Part shown: positions 19,549-29,446 of the stretch, in pieces | How the letters are laid out: each line of letters begins with the position of its first letter | Position numbering within the stretch: position 1 is the first letter of the stretch | Assembly: GCA_043813585.1 (NCBI GenBank) | Contig: JBDRKW010000020.1 | Location: 129,185-193,184 of the forward strand | Direction: 5' to 3' | DNA from: Candidatus Kerfeldbacteria bacterium | GTDB taxonomy: Bacteria > Patescibacteriota > Patescibacteriia > UBA9570 > XYC2-FULL-38-9 | Length of the DNA stretch: 64,000 bases | The notes under the pieces: generated by a model | Database searches by the model: none | Told to the model about the DNA's origin: nothing | The model's input: the letters and a program-made list of their open reading frames with translations, nothing else | Position numbers and translations under genes: made by a program

Positions 19549-20295
19549 TTATTCCTTTCTACGCAAGCCTCGAAAAAGCAGAAGTGAAATCGGAAACACA
19601 ACAACGGCATTAACAATTCGGATTATCCGGTTGGGCTGCTGCAGCAGGCGCCATAACCATTCGAGATGAACGGCTTGAATCCATCGTGGCGCGCGCGTTG
19701 CCGTTCCCGACCAGAAATCAAACGTCCCTCCAACTCCAATCCCCACAGCCGAAGGGCCCGCCGAATCCAAATGCTTACCTAGCCAGAGTTCCTGCTCGGG
19801 AAAACCAAGCCCAACCAACAGCAGATCTGCCGATATTCCCGTCGGCGGATCGTTAAGCCATTGATCCTTCATTATGGAATGCGCAGAAACAACCGCATCG
19901 GGCCATCGGGTTTTCATTGCAGCTATAATATCCTGTTCACCTGAAAGTCCATCCTTTCTGATAACGCAATGAACCGACAATTTTTTTGCATGTGCGATAT
20001 CCATAAGATGCCCTGCCACATCAACACCGCGAACGGTATTTGTTATGCGGCTGAACAGCCGAATTCCAAATCCATCCGCAACAGAGAGGTCTGCCTTTGA
20101 AAGAACCGCCGCAAAGTCCGGATGGTTCCGCGCATGCAACAAAATCTCAGGGTTTGGCGTGATAATGAGCTTCATGCAGTCACTGTCCACAATCCATTTA
20201 TTGATCCTATCCATTGCTCCGGGTAACGAAACATTATCAATGGGGATCCCAAAAATACTAATGCGTTTTTCTGTATTCATAGCTGGAACCATCAT
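19549..20295 (-). CDS. WecB/TagA/CpsF-family glycosyltransferase (UDP-ManNAc(A) transferase for lipid-linked cell-wall polymer linkage unit)
   Basis: ISIFGIPIDNVSLPGAMDRI...KLIITPNPEILL and VGLGFPEQELW profile of GT26. Confidence 0.75.
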   Translation of the reverse strand: MMVPAMNTEKRISIFGIPIDNVSLPGAMDRINKWIVDSDCMKLIITPNPEILLHARNHPDFAAVLSKADLSVADGFGIRLFSRITNTVRGVDVAGHLMDIAHAKKLSVHCVIRKDGLSGEQDIIAAMKTRWPDAVVSAHSIMKDQWLNDPPTGISADLLLVGLGFPEQELWLGKHLDSAGPSAVGIGVGGTFDFWSGTATRAPRWIQAVHLEWLWRLLQQPNRIIRIVNAVVVFPISLLLFRGLRRKE

Positions 20296-20305
20296 ACAGC
20301 CTCTG

Positions 20306-20334
20306 TTGATTTAATCAAACAAACTTGCTATAGT
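20306..20334 (+). promoter_or_regulatory. Sigma70-like promoter (TTGATT-N17-TATAGT) for the secreted repeat protein
   Basis: TTGATT at 20306-20311 and TATAGT at 20329-20334, in the divergent intergenic region. Confidence 0.45.
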
Positions 20335-20357
20335 TCTAACACTTAAGACACGGAAAT

Positions 20358-21788
20358 ATGTCATTTTTTAGGATTTTACCGCTCATACTTCTAACTGCGC
20401 TTATTTTCATTGCGCCATATCCTGCGCATGCATTTAGTTTTGATAAAAACACGCTGATTACCAACTATCAGATGACGAATGACAGTTATCTGACTGCCGG
20501 TGGCATTGAAGCATTTCTGAGGGAAAAAGGATCCGTACTCGCTGGCTATATGACGACAAGCCGAACCGGGAAAACGAAATTGGTTTCTGAAATTATTAAA
20601 AATGCTTCCCGTAAGTATGACTTGAACCCGATGATGTTCCTCGTTATGGCGCAAAAAGAATCAAGCGCCATTACCAGAGGGACAATGAGTTATGCAATCG
20701 AAAACTGGCTGCTCGGGTACGGCCGCTGCGACAGCTGTTCTGAATCTGTTGCCGCCCCATACCGCGGAATAACAAATCAAATTCATTCTGCTGCAGCACA
20801 GTTTAGGGAAAGCTACTTATCCGATCTGGAAAGCAAAGGCCATACCATTTCCGGATGGGGCCCGGGGCTGACGAAAACGACGATCGACGGCATCAGCGTC
20901 ACGCCGACAAATGATGCGACAGCTGCGCTGTATACGTACAACCCATGCGTAGGCGCATACGGAGGCGGAGACAGCCGGTTTGGCTGCAATTCGGCGTTTC
21001 AGAAGCTCTGGCAGGAGTGGAATCCGAATTTTGTCTCCTATTATCCAAACGGCAGCCTATTGCAGGTCAACGGTACCGTCTACCTGATTCAGGACGGTAA
21101 AAAAAGGCCGTTCACATCAATAAGCGCGCTCGTTTCCAACTATGATTTCGGTGACATCATTCAGGTTCCTTTGTTTGTTGGCGAACAATATCCTGACGGC
21201 GTAGCAATTCAATTCCCAAACTATTCATTATTGCGCAGCCCGGAAGGAACCGTATTTCTGTATGTTGACGGCTATAAGCGCGGCATCACATCGTCTGAAG
21301 TATTTAGAAGCATAGGATTCAATCCGGAAGAAATAGTAGATGTGAACGCTGCTGATATCGACAAGATACCAAATGGGCAACTAATCACTTCAAATTCAAC
21401 GCGGCCTACCGGGGCGTTAGTGCAAAACTCACAGACCGGGGCGATAACATGGGTTGATCCAAACGGAAAGAGGCACGATGTCTGGGACAAGGCAATTCTT
21501 GATAACAACTTCCCTTCTCAAACTCCTGCGCCTCTCAGTCCGGAAGAGCTTAATGAGTATAAGCAAGGCCAACCATTGAAGCTTAAAGATGGAACAATTG
21601 TCACTTCGCCTAATTCCAACTCTGTTTACGTCATTGCCAACGGACGGAAGAGGCCGTTCAAATCAAAAAAGGCGTTTGATGGTCTCGGTTACCAGGCAGG
21701 AAATATTATAATGGTTCCGGATACCGCTCTTGATCTGCACTCACAGGGCAAATTCGTACGCCTAAAAACGTCAAAGAAGAAAAAATAA
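20358..21788 (+). CDS. Secreted protein with unknown N-terminal domain and four tandem repeats of about 55 aa
   Basis: Signal peptide (MSFFRILPLILLTALIFIAPYPAHA). C-terminal repeats share G-x-[VI]-[YF]-x-I/V-x-x-G-x-K-R-x-F (GTVYLIQDGKKRPF, GTVFLYVDGYKRGI, GAITWVDPNGKRHDV, SVYVIANGRKRPF). Confidence 0.5.
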   Translation: MSFFRILPLILLTALIFIAPYPAHAFSFDKNTLITNYQMTNDSYLTAGGIEAFLREKGSVLAGYMTTSRTGKTKLVSEIIKNASRKYDLNPMMFLVMAQKESSAITRGTMSYAIENWLLGYGRCDSCSESVAAPYRGITNQIHSAAAQFRESYLSDLESKGHTISGWGPGLTKTTIDGISVTPTNDATAALYTYNPCVGAYGGGDSRFGCNSAFQKLWQEWNPNFVSYYPNGSLLQVNGTVYLIQDGKKRPFTSISALVSNYDFGDIIQVPLFVGEQYPDGVAIQFPNYSLLRSPEGTVFLYVDGYKRGITSSEVFRSIGFNPEEIVDVNAADIDKIPNGQLITSNSTRPTGALVQNSQTGAITWVDPNGKRHDVWDKAILDNNFPSQTPAPLSPEELNEYKQGQPLKLKDGTIVTSPNSNSVYVIANGRKRPFKSKKAFDGLGYQAGNIIMVPDTALDLHSQGKFVRLKTSKKKK

Positions 21789-21797
21789 TATACACGT

Positions 21798-22586
21798 ATG
21801 CCACTAATTTTTTCAGCGGTCGTCCCAAATCATCCGGAAATTGCTAAAGAGCTGGCAATGCCGGGCAATGTTGAACTTTCACCGACTGCCCAGTCAATCA
21901 AGGAGCTTGAAGGCGAGCTATATTTCATGAAGCCGGATACGATCGTCATCCTCACTTCGCACGGCTCCATAGTTCCTGATCTGATCAATATGAACATTTC
22001 GGGAACAGTGGCTCCGAAATGGCCGGAAGGCATGACTGATATGCCCTCAGATGCCACGTATACCTGTGATGTGGAGTTCATGGCAAGTATCAAGGGTAAA
22101 ATTGACACAAAAGACTTGGAAGTGCCGCTAACTATTATCGCAGAACCGTCGGTTGTGCCGGAAGTTGCAGGTCCTTTAAGTTATTTGATGTCCCATCTGG
22201 AAAGCACGAAGGTCGTTGTCATGTCGACAGCTGACTTTTCATTACAAGAGCACTACCTATTCGGCGAATTTTTGGCAGATCAAATTATGCAAACAAACAA
22301 ACGGGTAGCCGTGTTCGCGACTGGACACCTGTCCTCTGACTCTGCAAAGGCCGAACATGAGAAGAAAACATTTGATTCAATGTGTCTTGAGTGCTTGAAA
22401 GAAAATCGGCGCGAAGAGATACTCCGCCTCAACAATGGGATTCTTAAAGAGACGGACGCGGATATAGTTATTCCTTTGTCAGTAATGCTCGGCATCATAG
22501 CTAAGGTAAATATCTCTCCGGAAGTGCTTTCGTACGAACAAACATACGGATTCGGTCAATTAGTGGCAAACTTCGTTATTAAATAG
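21798..22586 (+). CDS. LigB/MEMO-like (class III extradiol dioxygenase fold) protein
   Basis: Pattern AVVPNHP...IVILTSHGS...VAVFATGHLS resembles the MEMO1/LigB fold signatures. Low confidence. Confidence 0.4.
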   Translation: MPLIFSAVVPNHPEIAKELAMPGNVELSPTAQSIKELEGELYFMKPDTIVILTSHGSIVPDLINMNISGTVAPKWPEGMTDMPSDATYTCDVEFMASIKGKIDTKDLEVPLTIIAEPSVVPEVAGPLSYLMSHLESTKVVVMSTADFSLQEHYLFGEFLADQIMQTNKRVAVFATGHLSSDSAKAEHEKKTFDSMCLECLKENRREEILRLNNGILKETDADIVIPLSVMLGIIAKVNISPEVLSYEQTYGFGQLVANFVIK

Positions 22587-22587
22587 C

Positions 22588-24210
22588 ATGATCGCATCAG
22601 TCGTGCCATATGTCCGTACGCTGCGGGGTAAGGACACATTTGACTATGAAATTCCTGACGAACTGGAGGTGCATCCGGGGTTTCTTGTCTGGATTGAATT
22701 TCGCTCCAAGACAGTCTTTGGAGTTGTAGTTGGGATAACACGCACGTCCACGTTTAAAAAAATAAAACCGATACTTGATATCGTCGATGCGGATCTATGG
22801 CTTCCGAACTACCGCCGGGAGCTGCTTGCCTGGTTTTCTTCATACTATTATGTTTCCCTGCCGCTGGCTTTAAAAACAGTACAATTTCAATTGTTAAAGC
22901 GTCCTCGAAAAGAAACAATAGAAATTAACGCTGCGGCGTCACGAAAAAAATCCAATAAAGTCCTCATTCAGGATGGTTCCGATACGCTGCTTCTCGGCAA
23001 TAATAGGACATCGCTCATAGAAGCATACGCGGGTATTCATGAAAACAGCATCGGTCATACGCTTATCGTCGTCCCTGAGTATTTAGACTGCGTCGAAATG
23101 AAACCAGCGCTTGTGGGGACAAATCATATTATTATCGACAGCGACCCCTCGCCTTCTCAATTACATGAATTGTATGAATTACTGCAGCAAAAAAAAGATT
23201 TGGTCGTTGTAGGCACGAAAAAATTGGCTTTCTTGCCGCTTCATCTTTTTACGACAATTATTCTAGATCAGGAAGAAGCCCGTTCCCATAAGCAGTATGA
23301 TCAAAATCCGCGGTATCATATCCGCGATGTTCTCCTGCAGACACGGGCGTTGATGAAAAAAAATTCGTTGCAACCGTTCACGCTTGTTCGGTCCAGTCAA
23401 TCGCCGTCAATTCATACGCTGCTGGATGTAAAAAACAAAAAATGCATTCTCAATGATATACGCAATCAATGGAGCGGCGCGCACATCCAAACCGTTGATA
23501 TGGAAAAGGAATACGAGAATAAGAACTATTCATGGTTTTCCGAAGATCTGCTGGATATGATTCGCAACTCGAAAAATATATTCCTCTTTCTCAACAGGAC
23601 CGGAAGCTATTCCAATGCAATCTGCCTGAAATGCTCCGCCCTATTAAATAATGTCCAACAAACATGCCCTTCATGCAATAGCAAAAACATTCGTCTTTCC
23701 GGCAAAGGCACTGCTCAGCTGGAGAAAGAAATCAATGAACTTTTTCCAGACCGTTCTGTTTTGCGCCTTGATAATGACCGGGACGGTAACGAATTAACGC
23801 CGCAACAGATTAAAAACAGCGATATCATCATAGGAACAGAGAAAGTATTTCGTGCGCTACAGATGAAATCGCTCGATGGCATCGGCATTCTTTCTGTGGA
23901 CCATCTTCTCATCTATCCGCATTTTCAATCAAGCGAACGCGTATTTCAACTGCTCAGCCGCCTGTTTCAGTACAACATTCCGACCATCCTTCAGACGCAT
24001 TCCCCTAACAACCCTGTTATTCGTGCTGCTATCGAAAATGCTGTAGATCGGTTTGCCGATTATGAGCTTGCTACGAGGGAAATGCTCAAACTGCCTCCGT
24101 ATGAGGAACTATTTACTATCCGAAATATACAAACAAAATCAGTCCGGATAGTTACCGGTCCCCTATCCGCTGACAAGCTGGATCAACGCGACATTGTCGA
24201 TCGCCAGTAG
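22588..24210 (+). CDS. priA: PriA-like primosomal protein with degenerate helicase motifs
   Basis: PriA N-terminal 3-prime DNA-binding domain profile (YEIPDELEVHPGFLVWIEFRSKTVFGVVVG), a Cys-rich zinc segment (CLKCS...CPSC) and priA-def-fmt synteny. The Walker A position reads GNNRTS (not GSGKTE) and DEEH reads DQEE. 540 aa, shorter than typical PriA. Confidence 0.65.
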   Translation: MIASVVPYVRTLRGKDTFDYEIPDELEVHPGFLVWIEFRSKTVFGVVVGITRTSTFKKIKPILDIVDADLWLPNYRRELLAWFSSYYYVSLPLALKTVQFQLLKRPRKETIEINAAASRKKSNKVLIQDGSDTLLLGNNRTSLIEAYAGIHENSIGHTLIVVPEYLDCVEMKPALVGTNHIIIDSDPSPSQLHELYELLQQKKDLVVVGTKKLAFLPLHLFTTIILDQEEARSHKQYDQNPRYHIRDVLLQTRALMKKNSLQPFTLVRSSQSPSIHTLLDVKNKKCILNDIRNQWSGAHIQTVDMEKEYENKNYSWFSEDLLDMIRNSKNIFLFLNRTGSYSNAICLKCSALLNNVQQTCPSCNSKNIRLSGKGTAQLEKEINELFPDRSVLRLDNDRDGNELTPQQIKNSDIIIGTEKVFRALQMKSLDGIGILSVDHLLIYPHFQSSERVFQLLSRLFQYNIPTILQTHSPNNPVIRAAIENAVDRFADYELATREMLKLPPYEELFTIRNIQTKSVRIVTGPLSADKLDQRDIVDRQ

Positions 24211-24254
24211 GATTGACAAAAGCCTGTTTTGATGCTATTTCATACACTAAGACT

Positions 24255-24752
24255 ATGCAATATCGAATTCACACAGTAGATAAAGATCCCGAAGTCCGCG
24301 AGAAATCACAGGACGTCCGGGAATCAGAAATAACGTCGGGCGAATTGACGCCGTTTTTCGACGCGCTTATATCCGCCATGCTGGAAGCGGACGGGATTGG
24401 AATCGCCTCACCCCAGGTCGGCGTAACAAAACGCATTATTGTTGTGTCAAAAGAATATACATCGTCAGAAGATCACCTGATACTCGTTAATCCGCGCATT
24501 GCGTCAACCGGCAGTAGAGTAAGCACGGTTGAGGAGGGCTGTCTTTCTGTTCCCGGCAAAAATGGTCTTGTTGAGCGTCCGGTAAAAGCAAGAATTAAGG
24601 CACTCGGCCGTACGGGTAAACCTGTTGATATCAAAGCAAAAGGAATGTTTGCAAGGATTCTCCAGCACGAAATCGACCATTTGGACGGAATTTTATTTAT
24701 CGACCGGGCTTCGTCTGTTTACGAAGCAACCCAAACTGGCAATTTCGTATAG
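24255..24752 (+). CDS. def: Peptide deformylase
   Basis: GIGIASPQVG, EGCLSVPG and QHEIDHLDG motifs. Start chosen at MQYRIHTV. Confidence 0.85.
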   Translation: MQYRIHTVDKDPEVREKSQDVRESEITSGELTPFFDALISAMLEADGIGIASPQVGVTKRIIVVSKEYTSSEDHLILVNPRIASTGSRVSTVEEGCLSVPGKNGLVERPVKARIKALGRTGKPVDIKAKGMFARILQHEIDHLDGILFIDRASSVYEATQTGNFV

Positions 24753-24754
24753 CA

Positions 24755-25627
24755 ATGAAGATACTTTTCTTTGGTACGCCGGATTTTGCAGTACCAACCC
24801 TGGAACAATGCGCGTCATCATTTGATGTTGTCTATTGCGTCACGCAACCGGACAAACCGGTAGGACGATCGCAAGTAATTACGCCGCCGCCTGTGAAGAC
24901 CAAGGCAATTGAACTTGGCATTCCTGTCGCACAGCCGGATTTGATAAAGAAAAACTCGGAAGGGCGCCAAGAACTTGAAGAGATCATAAAAAAATATAGC
25001 CCGGATGTGGCGGTTGTGGTTGCGTATGGAAAAATTATTCCGTCCGGACTGCTTACAATGCCAAAGCACGGTTTCGTGAATGTGCATGGATCACTGCTTC
25101 CCATGCTACGTGGCGCTTCCCCCATACAGGCGGCTATTGCACAGGGATTCCAAGAAAGCGGCGTTACGATAATGGTTATGGACAAAGGGATGGATACCGG
25201 CCCAATCTTGTCATCGAAACGTATTCTGCTGGACGCAACTGAAACGTCGGGCTCTCTGCATGATCGCCTGATGAATATTGGCGCCGACTTGCTGGTAGAA
25301 ACTCTGCCAAGATATATTACAGGCGATATAACGCCGGTACCTCAAGACAATAAACGCGCTACGTACTGTTCACTCATTACGAAAAATGACGGAGAAATTG
25401 ACTGGAACGCAACACCCAAAGAAATCGATCAGCATATTCGGGCGTTCAGTTCATGGCCTGGCGCCTTTACATTTTGCAACAATAGACGGATAAAAATTAC
25501 AGCAGCTCATCTTGACGGGGAAGGCAAACTTTCGATCACGAGGGTTAAACCCGAAGGTAAGAAAGAAATGCCCTTTGAGGCATTCATTCTCGGAAATCCT
25601 GATTGTCAACTACCGCCACTGCAGTAG
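24755..25627 (+). CDS. fmt: Methionyl-tRNA formyltransferase
   Basis: MKILFFGTPDFAVPTLE, HGSLLP and the SLHDRL region; position after def. Confidence 0.85.
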   Translation: MKILFFGTPDFAVPTLEQCASSFDVVYCVTQPDKPVGRSQVITPPPVKTKAIELGIPVAQPDLIKKNSEGRQELEEIIKKYSPDVAVVVAYGKIIPSGLLTMPKHGFVNVHGSLLPMLRGASPIQAAIAQGFQESGVTIMVMDKGMDTGPILSSKRILLDATETSGSLHDRLMNIGADLLVETLPRYITGDITPVPQDNKRATYCSLITKNDGEIDWNATPKEIDQHIRAFSSWPGAFTFCNNRRIKITAAHLDGEGKLSITRVKPEGKKEMPFEAFILGNPDCQLPPLQ

Positions 25628-27121
25628 CTATGTCTTATTGATCTTACGCACTTTTTTTGTCGTATAAAACCCGAGGTAGCGACCTGTCATCAGATGGGTC
25701 TGCGCATCAATTGCTGAGAATGACCCGAATAAAATAAGGGTCAGGGGTAGCAATATCCATTGAACCATAATCACTCCTATTTTCAAAAATTTATTTCCTG
25801 GTATTTTTGACGGCAGCAGGAATACGTTCAATATCGCAGAAATAAATATTCCTACCATTGCAAAAGTCATAAGCCATTGGAGCACATATGGGGCGTTTTG
25901 AGCAATGACAGTGGCTTTTTCGACGTCTCCGGCCATCCATAGCGGCAAATACCCAAGAATCATGATCAGAAGAGGTGCTGTTGCCCAGGACCACATGCCC
26001 TCCGATAGATTAAACACCAAATTCCATTTGTGACGGCCGATTTTTTTATACTTCCAAAAATGCCATATCATATACGGAAAGTGCTCAATCCCCCACGCCC
26101 AACGCCGCTGCTGTTTATAGAGATTTTTTACCGTATCCCAAAGCTTGCCGGCATGAGCGGTATCCATCGAGACCGCGATATACATGGGCGTTACCTCGTA
26201 ATCACCGTCGTAATGGATAAAGCACTGCAAGAAAATTCTGGAATCCTCTGTAACAATATCGCTCTGCCAAAAACCTACATCAACAAGTGCTTTGAAGCTC
26301 ATTGCATGTGAAGAGAATGTCCATAGCGGTTTCGGGCGTGCGAGTTCCGCCATAAGCCAAAATGTGGTGGAATTGGCAACAACTCTGGTGAAAGATGGGG
26401 ATTCCCAGACATTATTATTATACAAAGCAAGCGGCTGATAACTCGACCGCGTTGGATTAGGATGTTCCAAATATGCATTCGTCAAATAAGCAAAATATTT
26501 CGGGTCCACGACCGTATCAACATCAAATGACGACACAATGCAATTCTCGTATTTCCATCCTTTCGCATCAACATACTCCTTAACCCGGTGGCCGGACCAG
26601 TGAAGATTTGCTCCTTTTGCAGCAACTTCTCCCGGAATATCAGCCGGATGAACAGTGACGATGATGTCATAAAAGACTCCTTCATATTCGTTGCGGATTT
26701 GGTCGGCAACGCTTTTGAAATATTTCTCGTTTCGCTCTTCCCCCGCCAGAATCGGAATAATCTTATCGGTCGGATATGTCGAATTCTTGAGAGCCTCGAT
26801 CGTATTCCTAATGACATGAATGTCCTCATCTACCATGGGTAAAAACACCAGGTGGACTATTTCTTGCCACCGCTCATGCTGCTGCACTTTTGCAAACCAA
26901 TCGACCTTTTGGCTTTTCCTAAATTGCCTCCATGAGGAGGTGACATAAATCACAAAATAGGCCACCCGAAGCAGCCAATAAAAATCGACAATAATGGCGA
27001 CATACACCATTAACACGGGCGCGAGAAACGAAAGCAACAGCACCAAAATAAGCGTTGTCCAGGTTATGGCGCCGGGGATAATCTCCAAGAATCTATATTT
27101 TTGATAGGATGTCAGTTTCAT
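25628..27121 (-). CDS. Processive family-2 glycosyltransferase (membrane-embedded, QxxRW type)
   Basis: GT2 motifs (D, DxD-like DVDT, QRRWAWG) flanked by multiple TM helices at both ends. Start chosen at the internal MKLTSYQ, giving an ATGA overlap with the permease. Confidence 0.7.
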   Translation of the reverse strand: MKLTSYQKYRFLEIIPGAITWTTLILVLLLSFLAPVLMVYVAIIVDFYWLLRVAYFVIYVTSSWRQFRKSQKVDWFAKVQQHERWQEIVHLVFLPMVDEDIHVIRNTIEALKNSTYPTDKIIPILAGEERNEKYFKSVADQIRNEYEGVFYDIIVTVHPADIPGEVAAKGANLHWSGHRVKEYVDAKGWKYENCIVSSFDVDTVVDPKYFAYLTNAYLEHPNPTRSSYQPLALYNNNVWESPSFTRVVANSTTFWLMAELARPKPLWTFSSHAMSFKALVDVGFWQSDIVTEDSRIFLQCFIHYDGDYEVTPMYIAVSMDTAHAGKLWDTVKNLYKQQRRWAWGIEHFPYMIWHFWKYKKIGRHKWNLVFNLSEGMWSWATAPLLIMILGYLPLWMAGDVEKATVIAQNAPYVLQWLMTFAMVGIFISAILNVFLLPSKIPGNKFLKIGVIMVQWILLPLTLILFGSFSAIDAQTHLMTGRYLGFYTTKKVRKINKT

Positions 27122-28281
27122 AATGTAATGAGACCCGTCAAAATCAGGCATTCATAAACAATGCCGAGCACGAAAATGATTTGTACAGTCCAGATTGCCC
27201 AAGGCGATACGTTGAACGTGTATTCCGGCTTCCGTTGTGCGGGCATCGCTTGTGTCTTTCGCAGCATTTGCCATATGATAATACCCTGGAAACCGCCTGT
27301 AATTGCTCCCGCGATGCTGAGAATTTCGACAAATGATGCCAGGTCCATTAAATAGATAATAAGCGGAATTCCCAAAGCGAGAGTAAGCGCAGTTATTTTG
27401 GACCGTCCAAAATCATACTGGTACATCTGTTTTAATGCAAGTCCGATGATGAGAAATGAACTGCCCATTGCCAAAATGCCGAATACAGCGCCAATCCAGA
27501 TGATAACGGAGCCAAACTCGCTGCCGAGTCCGACCACGGCGCTTTCCGTGGTCTCGAGACCGCTGATACCAACCACAATAACAGCAAAAATCGCATATAT
27601 TGCAGCGGTCACGCCCATTCCGATCCAAATCACTTTCGGCATTGCATGCAACGCATGGCGCTTTACAAGATAACGCCGGATTTCTGGGATACTGCTTGCC
27701 GCACCAAATGCAAACAGTATGACGCCATACGGCAGAAACGCTTCCAATCCGTTAAATCGCAGCAGCTCCGCAGTTTCAATGTGCGGAATGCCAATCACGG
27801 CCAACAATACAATTACGAACACGATAGAAATGACAATGACCTGTTCAAAACGAGTCACAAGTCCTAATCCTGTAAAGATGACGGCCGTCCCGACGCCCCA
27901 AAAGATTAATGCGTAAATAAGTTCTGACCCGCCAAAGTACGGCTGAAAAACTATAAATAGAAAATGGCCTGTTTCAACTGTGTACGCTACAAGCGCCGCA
28001 TACATTCCAAAAATCAGGGACAAAAACGCTACAATCTGCCCGGCGCGTCCAAGATATTGCCTGGCATAGCCCGGAAACTGATGTATCCCCGTTGTCCGCA
28101 ATACGACAGTTGCATAGGCAAGAAGCGTCACGACCGATACAAGCGCCAGTAACAAAATATGCATCAGTCCAAAAACAACTCCGGATTGTGCGACAACGTA
28201 CGGTATCCCAAATATTCCGGCTCCGATGGCAGTACCAATCAACAGCGCAATCGCCCCAGCAGCATGCTGCTTCACATTCAT
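27118..28281 (-). CDS. Amino-acid permease (Trp/Tyr-type HAAAP/APC-superfamily transporter)
   Basis: 11-12 TM helices. N-terminal motif LLIGTAIGAGIFGIPYVVAQSG resembles the TnaB/Mtr/TyrP family. Start chosen at MNVKQH. Confidence 0.6.
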   Translation of the reverse strand: MNVKQHAAGAIALLIGTAIGAGIFGIPYVVAQSGVVFGLMHILLLALVSVVTLLAYATVVLRTTGIHQFPGYARQYLGRAGQIVAFLSLIFGMYAALVAYTVETGHFLFIVFQPYFGGSELIYALIFWGVGTAVIFTGLGLVTRFEQVIVISIVFVIVLLAVIGIPHIETAELLRFNGLEAFLPYGVILFAFGAASSIPEIRRYLVKRHALHAMPKVIWIGMGVTAAIYAIFAVIVVGISGLETTESAVVGLGSEFGSVIIWIGAVFGILAMGSSFLIIGLALKQMYQYDFGRSKITALTLALGIPLIIYLMDLASFVEILSIAGAITGGFQGIIIWQMLRKTQAMPAQRKPEYTFNVSPWAIWTVQIIFVLGIVYECLILTGLITL

Positions 28282-28282
28282 A

Positions 28283-29446
28283 CTACGACTTCCTATTCTT
28301 AATGATAGCCAACGTAACGAATGAAAGGATGGCTGCGAGGATTGCAATCGCGCCAATCAAGCCGATGCCTGTAAACAGACTGCCGATATAGTCGCTGAAT
28401 AGCGGTGTTATTAGTTCAATAAATTCTTCAGAAATATCCGCTCCTCCGAGCAACAATTCAAACCTCGCGAGTGCCAGTAACCACAATAGAATTCCACATA
28501 ATGCAGTCAGGATTCCGGAAGATAACAATCCAATCCCGAGCCACAGCATTGCAGCTTGAAGCGACCTGCGATGCAGAATTGCCAGAAGCCCCAAACATAA
28601 TCCGCAAATAATAATCAATAGAAGTGTTACAATCCTAAAAATAGTAAGGCCCAGTTGAATATTGTCTATATTCGTTTCATAACGCTTGATTTTTTCATAT
28701 TCTTCATCGGACAACGGACCAGCAAGAGCCTGAAGTGAATTTTCCTCGGCAATCACGGCAACATGCAATTCATCCTGCAATACCAATTTCAAGAGATTTA
28801 TGGTATCAGGAAATTGATCAACAATGAATTTGGGCGTTATCGGTAAATCGCCCTCTAAAATATAAAACTGACTCGCGGGCCCCAGAACATCCTCAGGCCA
28901 ACAGCCCAGAGTGCGAAAATCAAGCGCATAGTCGCCTTGCGTATCAAGTTCTTCGTACATATGGATAAGATCTTCTATCCCCTCATCAACGCAGGGCGGC
29001 AGCTCTCCAACATCAAAAGAATATTCATCAAGAAGGACCTGAACGTATTTCGTAAAGCGCTCCTTCGGCTCTGCCACGTTTATGACCAAATCAACGTCGC
29101 GCAACGTCATTTCCTTGTTTTGCAATGAAAAAATCTCACTGACGAGGCGTTCAAATTCAGGCCGCAGCCAATCCGGATGAAATGTAAACGCAAGCAGCGC
29201 TGTGACCTCGTTATGGTCTAAAAATGAAAACGGTGAATGTTGTACAGCCTCTTCCGGAATGGCCTGCGCAATCAAAAGCGGTACCGCCTTTGAGTAGGCA
29301 TTGTTATTCTGTAGCGTTTGAAGCAACGGCCCGGGATCCAGTACATACGTCTCTAAACGTACACATATGGCCGCAAGAGGCAAGCATATTGCGAGCACGG
29401 CCACTATAATGATGCTGGCGACACGGTTCATATTATTCAATTTCAA
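28283..29446 (-). CDS. Hypothetical membrane protein (N-terminal TM, large extracytoplasmic domain, C-terminal 3-4 TM)
   Basis: Hydrophobicity pattern only; no recognisable family. Confidence 0.45.
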   Translation of the reverse strand: MKLNNMNRVASIIIVAVLAICLPLAAICVRLETYVLDPGPLLQTLQNNNAYSKAVPLLIAQAIPEEAVQHSPFSFLDHNEVTALLAFTFHPDWLRPEFERLVSEIFSLQNKEMTLRDVDLVINVAEPKERFTKYVQVLLDEYSFDVGELPPCVDEGIEDLIHMYEELDTQGDYALDFRTLGCWPEDVLGPASQFYILEGDLPITPKFIVDQFPDTINLLKLVLQDELHVAVIAEENSLQALAGPLSDEEYEKIKRYETNIDNIQLGLTIFRIVTLLLIIICGLCLGLLAILHRRSLQAAMLWLGIGLLSSGILTALCGILLWLLALARFELLLGGADISEEFIELITPLFSDYIGSLFTGIGLIGAIAILAAILSFVTLAIIKNRKS

